A stretch of DNA of 64,000 bases. Origin: Candidatus Fimenecus sp. (GTDB lineage Bacteria; Bacillota; Clostridia; Oscillospirales; Acutalibacteraceae). The stretch covers positions 10,008-74,007 of the forward strand of contig JAZLBG010000107.1 of the NCBI GenBank assembly GCA_045613585.1, given 5' to 3'. Below are positions 10,007 to 17,817 of this stretch, piece by piece (position 1 is the stretch's first letter; the number at the start of each line of letters is the position of its first letter). The notes under the pieces are model-generated. The model was not told the origin of the DNA and made no database searches. It was given only the letters and a program-made list of their open reading frames with translations. The translations under genes and the position numbers were made by a program.

Positions 10007-10348
10007 ATGAATACAAAAGAATATGTTAAAATTGCTGAATTACTAAATGAATTCTGTATTCCAAAACATCTTCTTGGATATCGAATGATTTTAAATGCAA
10101 TATACATTCTGTCTCAGGACCCAAACATTTCTGTGCTTGACATATATAGAAAAGTAGCAGAAATGTATAATTCAACAGTACCTCGCACAGAAAGAGCAAT
10201 TAGGTACGCAATAGAATCAGGGTATGATAATTGTAAAATGTATGACATTAATACATTCAAAAGGGTTTCTTTTGCTAATGGAAAACCATCAAACCACGAG
10301 TTCTTGAAGGCACTGTGTTTTGAATACGAACTCTTAAAAGCGGAATAA
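10007..10348 (+). CDS. Orphan Spo0A C-terminal (DNA-binding) domain protein, with no receiver domain
   Basis: IPKHLLGYRMILNAI...TERAIRYAIESGY...GKPSNHEFLKAL parallels the Spo0A effector domain (VPAHIKGY..REAI...VERAIRHAIE...KPTNSEFIA). ATG 10007 follows a GAAAGGGG RBS. Confidence 0.8.
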   Translation: MNTKEYVKIAELLNEFCIPKHLLGYRMILNAIYILSQDPNISVLDIYRKVAEMYNSTVPRTERAIRYAIESGYDNCKMYDINTFKRVSFANGKPSNHEFLKALCFEYELLKAE

Positions 10349-10373
10349 TTTAGTATTGCCATTAATCAAAATC

Positions 10374-10408
10374 AAAAAAGACAGAGAATTTAGTTTCTCT
10401 GTCTTTTT
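10374..10408. terminator. Bidirectional terminator
   Basis: Stem aagacagagaa/ttctctgtctt, flanked by an A-run and a T-run, between convergent genes. Confidence 0.7.
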
Positions 10409-10439
10409 GACTATTATGAAAGTTTACCGGACGATATAT

Positions 10440-10703
10440 TTAATTGGAAATTTCTAAACATTCAATATCAAGTTCAGCGAATTTTATCATATCTGCAAGA
10501 CTTGCTTTTATGTTTTCGTCTGCAAAATCCGGGTTGAATTTTTCTATAGGTTCTCCTAAATAATGAGTTATAATGCCATAGCCATCTTTCTGAATGTAAT
10601 ATGACATTACTTTCCCATCATTCTCTGGAATTAATAAAACACAGTATTTTTCACCATTAACTTCATATGTTCTTCTTTCGATTGAAATTGTTTCTTTTGT
10701 CAT
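10440..10703 (-). CDS. Hypothetical small protein (87 aa)
   Basis: ATG 10703 follows an AAAGGAG RBS. Lies downstream of the LRR gene on the same strand. Confidence 0.5.
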   Translation of the reverse strand: MTKETISIERRTYEVNGEKYCVLLIPENDGKVMSYYIQKDGYGIITHYLGEPIEKFNPDFADENIKASLADMIKFAELDIECLEISN

Positions 10704-10743
10704 AATATAAAACTCCTTTAAATTTATTTTGTATAGTGAAAAA

Positions 10744-11502
10744 TTAAAACATGGGAGTATCATAATCAAATGCACCTTTAGGCGCGGTAACGCTTTTAAG
10801 CGATTCGCAACCTTCAAAAGCTAAGTAACCGATATGAGTAATACTATCAGGCAATACAACATCTGTCATTGCAACATTGTTTTCAAACGCAAATGATGCA
10901 ACGGTTGTGGTACCTTCTTTAACTTTATATGTATTTTTAACCTTTTTAGCTGTTACCAGACATTTGCCAACATAAAGAACTCCGTTTTCCCAGTTTGACT
11001 TGTTGTTATAAAAGGCGGTATTATCAAAAACATCTTTATTTAAGAGACATGAAGTTCCGGGCATATTAATTTTTTCTAATTGTGTACACCCATCAAATGC
11101 CTTATCAAATATAACAAGTACATCATTCAAAAAAGAGACTTCTTTTAGTGACGTACAGTTGATAAAGCTACTATCTTCTATAAGATTAACACTAGCCGGA
11201 ATATCAATAGTTTTTAAGTTCTTGCAATTTTTAAATGCATATCTTCTGATACTTTTTAATTGCTTAGGAAGAGTTATATGCTCTACACTGTCATTATTCT
11301 CAAAAGCAAATGCACTGATATCACTTATAGGACATCCGTCAATTTCATCAGGTAAGAAAACATTCTTTTGAGTTGTTTTAACTTCTGTGACAATAACTTC
11401 TTTTTGTCTGATGAGAACCTCTTTATTGTCAGAAATTGTTTCATTGTATGTACGAACAACAGTTTCGTATGATATTAAATTTTGATTAATAATTTTTTGC
11501 AT
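10744..11502 (-). CDS. Leucine-rich-repeat (BspA-type) protein with no obvious signal peptide
   Basis: Repeats of the AF..C..L..I.IP form, as in the protein at 1..3002. GGAGG RBS before ATG 11502. Confidence 0.65.
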   Translation of the reverse strand: MQKIINQNLISYETVVRTYNETISDNKEVLIRQKEVIVTEVKTTQKNVFLPDEIDGCPISDISAFAFENNDSVEHITLPKQLKSIRRYAFKNCKNLKTIDIPASVNLIEDSSFINCTSLKEVSFLNDVLVIFDKAFDGCTQLEKINMPGTSCLLNKDVFDNTAFYNNKSNWENGVLYVGKCLVTAKKVKNTYKVKEGTTTVASFAFENNVAMTDVVLPDSITHIGYLAFEGCESLKSVTAPKGAFDYDTPMF

Positions 11503-11672
11503 AATATATGCCTCCTTGAATTTTGATTTAATTAAAGATTTTTAGTTTTTAATTTGCAGTATCACATTGTATTCACCTCATTTAGTCAATGAATTTAATA
11601 CAAATATGACAGATTTCGATTAAAATAATTTTTTATATATAAAAAAACAAATAATTAAAATTAAGGTTGTTT

Positions 11673-11708
11673 TTTGTCACAAATTGACATATTTTTTCGA
11701 TATATAAT
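11673..11708 (+). promoter_or_regulatory. Shared island promoter/operator, copy 1 (TGTCACA-N16-CGAT), upstream of dGTPase-1
   Basis: tttgtcacaaa at 11673-11683 and cgat at 11698-11701, with exactly 16 nt between TGTCACA and CGAT. Confidence 0.6.
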
Positions 11709-11799
11709 TTGATAGGTTCAAAATACATAAATAAAAATTGCTTAAATTAAAAATATTATATCAACTTAAGAATTACTTTATTTAGAAAGGACGTATAAA

Positions 11800-13293
11800 A
11801 TGTTAATATGGAATCAGTTGTTACAACCAAAGAGATTTAGAGAAAAAGAAACTGTAAAAAGGTCTCCTAGTGATAATAGGTCACCATTCAAGAAGGATTT
11901 CGACACAGTTTGTAATAGTACTATATTGCGAAGATTACAGGATAAAGCACAGGTTTTTCCACTTGAGCAAGAGGACTATGCTCGAACAAGATTAACGCAT
12001 TCTATAGAAGTTATGTCAATTGCTGAAAGTTTAGGCGTTCAGATTATAGATACTATTTTAAAAAAAGATTCTAAATTTATATATACATTGGAAGAAGAAA
12101 AGGAAGATGCTGAGAAACTTGTTAAAGAAATTCCATACATATTAAAAACTGCCGCCTTGTTGCATGATATGGGCAATCCTCCATTTGGACATCTAGGTGA
12201 AAAAATTATAGGTGATTGGTTTAAAAACAATTTAGGAAATTTAGCATTCAATTCAGAAAAACAATTGGTTTTTAATTCGTCGGCAGAAGCAAAAGAGACT
12301 TTGGAATTTATGTTTAAAGGGCGCTATGCTGAAGATTTGAAAAATTTTGAAGGGAATGCTCAATTATTCCGTCTTGTAACAAAATTAAGTTTGGTCGTTG
12401 ATGAAAATGGAATGAACTTAACATTCCCTGTTATGGCTTCTTTTATAAAGTATCCAACATCATCTATGGATGTTGATAAAAATAAATTAATGACTAAAAA
12501 AATAGGATATTTTACTGCTGAAAAAGAACTATTTAATACTATAAACACTACATTAGGTCTTGAAAATTATAGACATCCATTAGCTTTTTTGTTGGAAGCA
12601 GCAGATGATATTGCATATTTAACTGCAGATATTGAAGATGCTCATAGAAAAGGATTAATATCTATGGATAAAATTAGAGACTATCTTAATAATGACAAAG
12701 ATGATGCAATCGTATCTACGCTTTTATCTGCCATGGATAATTATATTCAGAAGGCAAATGAAATGAATTATGAAGATGTTGAAGATTATGTAATTCATAG
12801 GTTAAGAGTTCTAATTAAGGGATTAATGATTGATTCTATGAGCAGTGCATTTGAAAACTCCTATGATTTAATTATGAATGGAGAGTTCGAAACGGAATTG
12901 TTAAATGTTTCTTCAGTAAAATGTGTTGCTGATATCCTAAGAAAAATGGAAAAAGAAAATATCTATTACTGTAATAATATTTTAGAAACTAAAACGCGAG
13001 CTAATGCCATTATAAATAAATTACTAGATATATATATTCCAGCAATAGTTAATTGGAACTATGAATGTGATGCAAATACAGACAGTTCCAATAATTTGTT
13101 ATATTTATCTCTTTCAAAAAACTATAGATATATGTGTGAGCTTGCGAACAAGGATTATTACTTAAAAGATAAATTGTTATCATCAGATTTTGAAACGATG
13201 GTCTACAATAAAATTTTATTAGTTACGGACCAAATTTCGGGTATGACAGATACGCATGCTTTAACTGTGTATAAAACCATAATGGCTAATTAA
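11800..13293 (+). CDS. dGTP triphosphohydrolase-family HD-domain protein (Dgt-like)
   Basis: RSPFKKDFD..ILRRL.DKAQVFPL, RLTHSIEV, LLHDMGNPPFGHLGE and a C-terminal GMTDTHA motif are typical of dGTPases. Confidence 0.85.
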   Translation: MLIWNQLLQPKRFREKETVKRSPSDNRSPFKKDFDTVCNSTILRRLQDKAQVFPLEQEDYARTRLTHSIEVMSIAESLGVQIIDTILKKDSKFIYTLEEEKEDAEKLVKEIPYILKTAALLHDMGNPPFGHLGEKIIGDWFKNNLGNLAFNSEKQLVFNSSAEAKETLEFMFKGRYAEDLKNFEGNAQLFRLVTKLSLVVDENGMNLTFPVMASFIKYPTSSMDVDKNKLMTKKIGYFTAEKELFNTINTTLGLENYRHPLAFLLEAADDIAYLTADIEDAHRKGLISMDKIRDYLNNDKDDAIVSTLLSAMDNYIQKANEMNYEDVEDYVIHRLRVLIKGLMIDSMSSAFENSYDLIMNGEFETELLNVSSVKCVADILRKMEKENIYYCNNILETKTRANAIINKLLDIYIPAIVNWNYECDANTDSSNNLLYLSLSKNYRYMCELANKDYYLKDKLLSSDFETMVYNKILLVTDQISGMTDTHALTVYKTIMAN

Positions 13294-13532
13294 CAAACGA
13301 TAAATGAATTTGAATATGTGGAGTTATAGAAATTTGGATAAGTAGTTTTTTATGGAATATGATGTGCAAATACCTTAAACTATATTGTTTAAGATGTTTC
13401 TCAAGTATCGTTGTATGCGGTATAAATTGCATGCATTTGCGATTACTAGGATATCTTCTTGAGATATATGGGTTAAAAATTGAAAAAATTATATTTAATT
13501 GAGAAAAAGTATACAATTATATAGAACAATGA

Positions 13533-13574
13533 ATTAAGCCTTGAGAGTTATCTTTAACTATCAAGGCTTAATTT
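13533..13574. terminator. Conserved bidirectional terminator, family copy 1 (ATTAAGCCTTGAGAGTT...CAAGGCTTAAT)
   Basis: 11-bp stem ttaagccttga/tcaaggcttaa. The arms are identical to the copy at 15611..15650. Confidence 0.7.
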
Positions 13575-13592
13575 TATTCTTTTAACTTGTAT

Positions 13593-14270
13593 TTAGAAAT
13601 AAAATTCTTCATCCGTATTAAGACATAAGATACCTAACTGACCACCAAATCCACAACCGCAATCAATTGCTATTGTATCGTTTTTTCTTAAAATTTTATC
13701 AGGTGTTGCACCGTGTATAAAACGAGTAGGAACATGTCCAACGATAACGATTGTGTCTTCGTAGTGTGTTATGTCATAGTCGTGAGGTCCAAATAGCAAA
13801 TCATTTTCTTCATACCATTCAACAGGAAAATCAGAAAAGTCAGGTAATCCTCCATGAATGAGTAAATAGTTCTGACCATTGACTTCTAACTCTTCATATA
13901 ATGGCAACTCATTTATGAAATCTATAATATCTCGTTGTTTGGATTTATTAAGTTTTGCAAAATCAAACAAAGTTTCTCTTTGCCCAATTCTGTCAATAGC
14001 TAGTGAGTCGTTAATGATACTACAGACTTCTCTTTCTGAGACTGCACCACACAACTCTTCAAGGGTATCAGCCAAAATCTTTTCATGGTTTCCTTTGAGC
14101 ATGATAACATTTGGCCTTTTCATAATGTCTTGTATCAAGTCAATGGCATTTGCACCACGGTCAAGTACATCGCCGATAACATAAAGCGTGTCGTCATCAG
14201 TGAAAATTGAATTTATAAAGTCCAGATATGCGCCATATTCACCGTGGATATCAGAACAAACATATATCAT
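13593..14270 (-). CDS. Calcineurin-like metallophosphoesterase (lambda-phosphatase / PrpE-like)
   Basis: DIHGEY, GDVLDRG, GNHE and GH motifs in the canonical order. Confidence 0.8.
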   Translation of the reverse strand: MIYVCSDIHGEYGAYLDFINSIFTDDDTLYVIGDVLDRGANAIDLIQDIMKRPNVIMLKGNHEKILADTLEELCGAVSEREVCSIINDSLAIDRIGQRETLFDFAKLNKSKQRDIIDFINELPLYEELEVNGQNYLLIHGGLPDFSDFPVEWYEENDLLFGPHDYDITHYEDTIVIVGHVPTRFIHGATPDKILRKNDTIAIDCGCGFGGQLGILCLNTDEEFYF

Positions 14271-14337
14271 AAAATTGTCTCCTAAAATATTGTTGAAGAT
14301 TTAAGATATTCTTAAATTAATTTATTTTTAGAAAGGT

Positions 14338-15093
14338 TTAATTTGTTTTACTAGAATAAAATTGACTCAATAAATCAGTGGCTTTTTTTATTTCTTCAGT
14401 TAAATATTCGCTATTATCCTTAAAAGAATTTAATAGTTTTAATCTTTGATTCCAAAATCTTAAAGCTAAGTTCATATATTTTATTGTTCTTTCTGGACTA
14501 TCTATAGGTAGCTTTCCTGAAATTTTTAAACATTCTACTAAATCACTATCTATTCCGTAAATCACTTTACAATAATCTTCTACACCATCAAATACATCAA
14601 TAAATTCTTTTAAGGAATTATAATTTTCAATAGATGAATAATTTGATAAAAGGAAAATTCCTTTTGTATAGTATAAGTCTAATGCCCAAATAAAGGTATC
14701 TATTCGGTCATTACCTAGTCCTTTTTTTGCACTTTGCAAATTCCCTGTTTGAGGCATAAGCGAAACGTTAACTACTGTGTGCATAAGTTCTTTGCATAAT
14801 TTTAGATTGCTTCGATATAATTCTTGATACGATTTATTGTCTATACTCGATAATAGTTTTTCATATTTTGTTAAATTTGTGTGAGCCCAACCCTTTTTAA
14901 AATTAAAATCCGTTTCTCCACTAAATCTTATTTGACTGGTTTCTTTATTATTGTGTTTCAAATTCCCAACAATAAACTTTCTACGGGTGTTTTTTTCAAA
15001 AACACCCCCATCAAAAGAAATGTAATTAGAGTACATTTTTTTATAAATTTCCCATACCACGTTCGTTACGTCATATTCAATATTATTAGACAT
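14338..15093 (-). CDS. Hypothetical protein (251 aa), first gene of an operon with the metallophosphoesterase
   Basis: ATG 15093 follows an AAAGGAG RBS. 67-nt gap to the next gene on the same strand. No recognisable motif. Confidence 0.6.
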   Translation of the reverse strand: MSNNIEYDVTNVVWEIYKKMYSNYISFDGGVFEKNTRRKFIVGNLKHNNKETSQIRFSGETDFNFKKGWAHTNLTKYEKLLSSIDNKSYQELYRSNLKLCKELMHTVVNVSLMPQTGNLQSAKKGLGNDRIDTFIWALDLYYTKGIFLLSNYSSIENYNSLKEFIDVFDGVEDYCKVIYGIDSDLVECLKISGKLPIDSPERTIKYMNLALRFWNQRLKLLNSFKDNSEYLTEEIKKATDLLSQFYSSKTN

Positions 15094-15147
15094 TTTTATC
15101 TCCTTTACAAAAAAACTCAAACCATGTATTACATCGTTTTCAATTTT

Positions 15148-15206
15148 ATAATATCATATCTAAAATATGCTGTCAAGTTGATTTATGAAGATGTATTTGC
15201 TATAAT
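15148..15206. promoter_or_regulatory. Back-to-back canonical sigma-A promoters
   Basis: - strand: TTGACA (15176-15171), 17 nt, TATTAT (15153-15148). + strand: TTGATT (15178-15183), 17 nt, TATAAT (15201-15206). Confidence 0.6.
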
Positions 15207-15235
15207 AAATAAAACTTTTATTTAGAGGAATAATT

Positions 15236-15604
15236 ATGAAAATTTTATCTATTCGTTTAAGTGATGAAGAATATAAAAAACTTAAATCTCAATGTGAAGG
15301 TGATATAGCTTTATCGACTTACATTAAAAGTATCATTTTCTCCGAAAACAAGAAAAAACTTAATTGCCTTACAAACGCAATAATTATGGGAAAAATTAAT
15401 GAAAAAATTAAAAATGATGATAAGTATAAAAAAGGATATGAATTTGTTTTATCTGATTTGCTTGATGACGAGGAATACTCTTGTTATTACAATTTTATTG
15501 CTGCTGCAAGAGATTTTTTCAAATACGCCTCAACACCAGGTACAGATGCTTACAATACTGTTGACGCTATTGGTGGTAAACCTGCCAAATATAAAATTAA
15601 ATAA
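15236..15604 (+). CDS. Small ribbon-helix-helix-like protein (CopG/MobC-like N-terminus)
   Basis: N-terminal MKILSIRLSDEEYKKLK...STYIKSII fits an RHH beta-alpha-alpha pattern. Confidence 0.4.
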   Translation: MKILSIRLSDEEYKKLKSQCEGDIALSTYIKSIIFSENKKKLNCLTNAIIMGKINEKIKNDDKYKKGYEFVLSDLLDDEEYSCYYNFIAAARDFFKYASTPGTDAYNTVDAIGGKPAKYKIK

Positions 15605-15610
15605 TTACTA

Positions 15611-15650
15611 ATTAAGCCTTGAGAGTTTTAATAACTTTCAAGGCTTAATT
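15611..15650. terminator. Conserved bidirectional terminator, family copy 2
   Basis: attaagccttgagagtt...caaggcttaatt, between convergent genes. Confidence 0.7.
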
Positions 15651-15678
15651 AGTAATTTTATTGAGGGAAAATCTTTCC

Positions 15679-16785
15679 TTATGTTATTGTTATAACTGAA
15701 ATTTCACCTGTATTAGGTTCATATTTCAGTGCGACTGTAGTTTTTCGATATTTTCCGTTAATGGTTGGCAAATCCAAGCATACATTAAACTTTAAAACAT
15801 CTTGGTCGTTCTTATCTAAATTATAAATGTATGAATGACATATTTGTTTATAAATTTTTTTTATAAAAATTTCTTTATCGTGAGTTTCATAGCCTAGTGA
15901 TTTTAATATATTACCTTTACCTTTTTCACAATCTGTAAGGTATTGTGTCCACTTTTTATCTTCAACGAGGAACTTTAGTTTATCTATTGAATCAAATTTT
16001 GGGAAAAGAGCATTGAAAGAGAATCCTATATCTGTTTTATCTGGAATATCTGTTTCGATTTTATAGCTTAAAAATGGTCCAAAGTTTTCTTCATTTATAC
16101 TAATAAGTTTAAAATCATTTTTCTCAAATGGATATCCTAACATATTGATATTTTCTTCATCAGAATAATCCATTGGATGAGCTGCGATAACTTTGTCTTT
16201 ATGTTTTATATATGTATGTGTTAAAATTTGTGAAATATAGCTTTTAAAAGTAGAGGTGTGTGTTAAGTCAGCAAACCCTATAAACCATGGATATTGTAAT
16301 AGGCCTTCTACGATTTCACATCTTTGAGACACAGTTAGTCGGTTGAAATATATAAGATAGTATTGATTACTATGCCGATAATTTGTTTTATTATATTTAG
16401 TTAATACTTCATTCATAATATTTCTTAGAACAAATTGAGAATTTGCAGTGTTTTTAGATATGTCAATGTAATCACCGCACATAATACTGTATGTACTTTT
16501 TTTATCTAGTAGTGGGATGACTTTTTCAAAAATAAAATAGCCATACATATTACTGCTAATTAAAGAAGTATCAAAAATGAAACAAGTTTCAAATTTTTTC
16601 TTGTCTTGATTAGGTATTAGTGCTCCTTTTAGGTCATCGTAAGAGATGCCTTTATTTTCTAATCGTTGTATTAAGTTATTAAACTCTTCCAATATAGTAT
16701 TGTAAATTTCCGTTTCTGAAAGAGAAAAAACTGATTTTGCAACGGGAAATAGTAAATAATCTTTATTGTTAAATGTATAAATCAT
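15679..16785 (-). CDS. Hypothetical protein (368 aa), single-gene module under the shared promoter
   Basis: Long ORF with a GAGGAG RBS. No recognisable motif. Confidence 0.6.
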   Translation of the reverse strand: MIYTFNNKDYLLFPVAKSVFSLSETEIYNTILEEFNNLIQRLENKGISYDDLKGALIPNQDKKKFETCFIFDTSLISSNMYGYFIFEKVIPLLDKKSTYSIMCGDYIDISKNTANSQFVLRNIMNEVLTKYNKTNYRHSNQYYLIYFNRLTVSQRCEIVEGLLQYPWFIGFADLTHTSTFKSYISQILTHTYIKHKDKVIAAHPMDYSDEENINMLGYPFEKNDFKLISINEENFGPFLSYKIETDIPDKTDIGFSFNALFPKFDSIDKLKFLVEDKKWTQYLTDCEKGKGNILKSLGYETHDKEIFIKKIYKQICHSYIYNLDKNDQDVLKFNVCLDLPTINGKYRKTTVALKYEPNTGEISVITIT

Positions 16786-16820
16786 AGCGTTCTTAATATT
16801 CTCCTCAAAAACAAACTTTA

Positions 16821-16856
16821 TAATTTAATCGTTTTTACAATATGTTTTGTGACAAA
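16821..16856 (-). promoter_or_regulatory. Shared island promoter/operator, copy 4
   Basis: On the - strand: tttgtcacaaa (16856-16846), then cgat (16831-16828) with 16-nt spacing. 43 nt to ATG 16785. Confidence 0.6.
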
Positions 16857-16931
16857 AAATGACACTTTTTTATTTTATATATAAATTTACCGTCTTTGAA
16901 TACTTATATACTTTTCATTTCATAGTTTCAA

Positions 16932-17003
16932 TGATATAATATTTCCGTAAACAGCCTTCCTCGATAAAGGAAGAGGGACCGCGTTAGCGGTGGAGGGATT
17001 CAC
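16932..17003 (+). promoter_or_regulatory. Extended -10 promoter (TGATATAAT) plus a GC-rich structured 5' leader ending in the SD
   Basis: TGATATAAT at 16932-16940. Hairpins cttcct/aggaag and ccgc/gcgg, then GGAGGGA 6 nt before ATG 17004. Homologous to 55898..55949 on the - strand. Confidence 0.5.
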
Positions 17004-17759
17004 ATGAACAAAAAACTCAAAATTCTGATTTCAATTATATTGGTAGTTATACTTATATCAGGAGGTTATGTAGGCAATATGTTTGGTGTGTTCAATCGTG
17101 GCAACTATGGTGAGTATTCTCTCAAAAATACCGATACTGTAGAGAATAGCCCAATCAATGGTAAAACCGTCATATTCCTTGGTAGCTCCGTCACTTATGG
17201 CTATGGCTCAATGGGTGTGAGCTTTGCAGATTATCTCGAAAAAACTGACGGAATCCACGCTGTAAAAGAGGCTGTGTCAGGTACAACTCTTGTTGATGTG
17301 AAAGACAATTCTTATGTGTCCCGAATGAAGACAATCGGCAAAGAAATCAAAGCCGATGCAGTTGTATGCCAACTTTCAACCAACGATGCAACCAAAGAAA
17401 TGCCATTTGGAGAAATCAGCGACAGCTACGATATAAACGATTTCGATACCCAGACCATCGCAGGTGCGATTGAGTACATAATCGCATACGCGAAAGATAC
17501 TTGGAATTGCCCCGTGGTGTTCTATACCCAAGCCAAATACGATAGCGACCACTACGCAAAAATGGTAGATTTGCTCCTCGAAATCCAAGACAAATGGCAA
17601 ATCACAATAATAGACTTCTGGAACAATGAAGAAATAAATAGCATCACTGACACCCAACGCAAACTCTACCTCATCGACCACATCCACCCAACCAAAGCAG
17701 GGTATCGCGACTGGTGGCTCCCCACATTCCAACAAACCTTCTATGAAGCAATTGAATAA
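17004..17759 (+). CDS. SGNH/GDSL-family hydrolase with an N-terminal membrane anchor
   Basis: FLGSSVTYG (block I, GDS-like), STNDA, and DHIHPT (block V, DxxH). Visibly higher GC than neighbouring genes. Confidence 0.75.
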   Translation: MNKKLKILISIILVVILISGGYVGNMFGVFNRGNYGEYSLKNTDTVENSPINGKTVIFLGSSVTYGYGSMGVSFADYLEKTDGIHAVKEAVSGTTLVDVKDNSYVSRMKTIGKEIKADAVVCQLSTNDATKEMPFGEISDSYDINDFDTQTIAGAIEYIIAYAKDTWNCPVVFYTQAKYDSDHYAKMVDLLLEIQDKWQITIIDFWNNEEINSITDTQRKLYLIDHIHPTKAGYRDWWLPTFQQTFYEAIE

Positions 17760-17817
17760 ATTGATAAATAAAACACCTGTGAGATGAACATCACCGGTGT
17801 TTTATGTTGCTTCAAAT

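Noticed and set aside
11624-11640. A sixth copy of the shared promoter upstream of dGTPase-1 (cgattaaaataat at about 11624)
   Set aside because: It contains the CGAT plus A/T-rich part, but the position 16 nt upstream has no TGTCACA-like sequence. It is not counted.
13286-13516. 76-aa minus-strand ORF in the non-coding stretch after dGTPase-1
   Set aside because: It has no RBS, overlaps the dGTPase stop, and has a low-complexity translation. The region is treated as non-coding.
17376-17735. 119-aa antisense ORF inside the SGNH hydrolase gene
   Set aside because: It is an artefact of the locally higher GC content. The sense frame has clear SGNH catalytic blocks.
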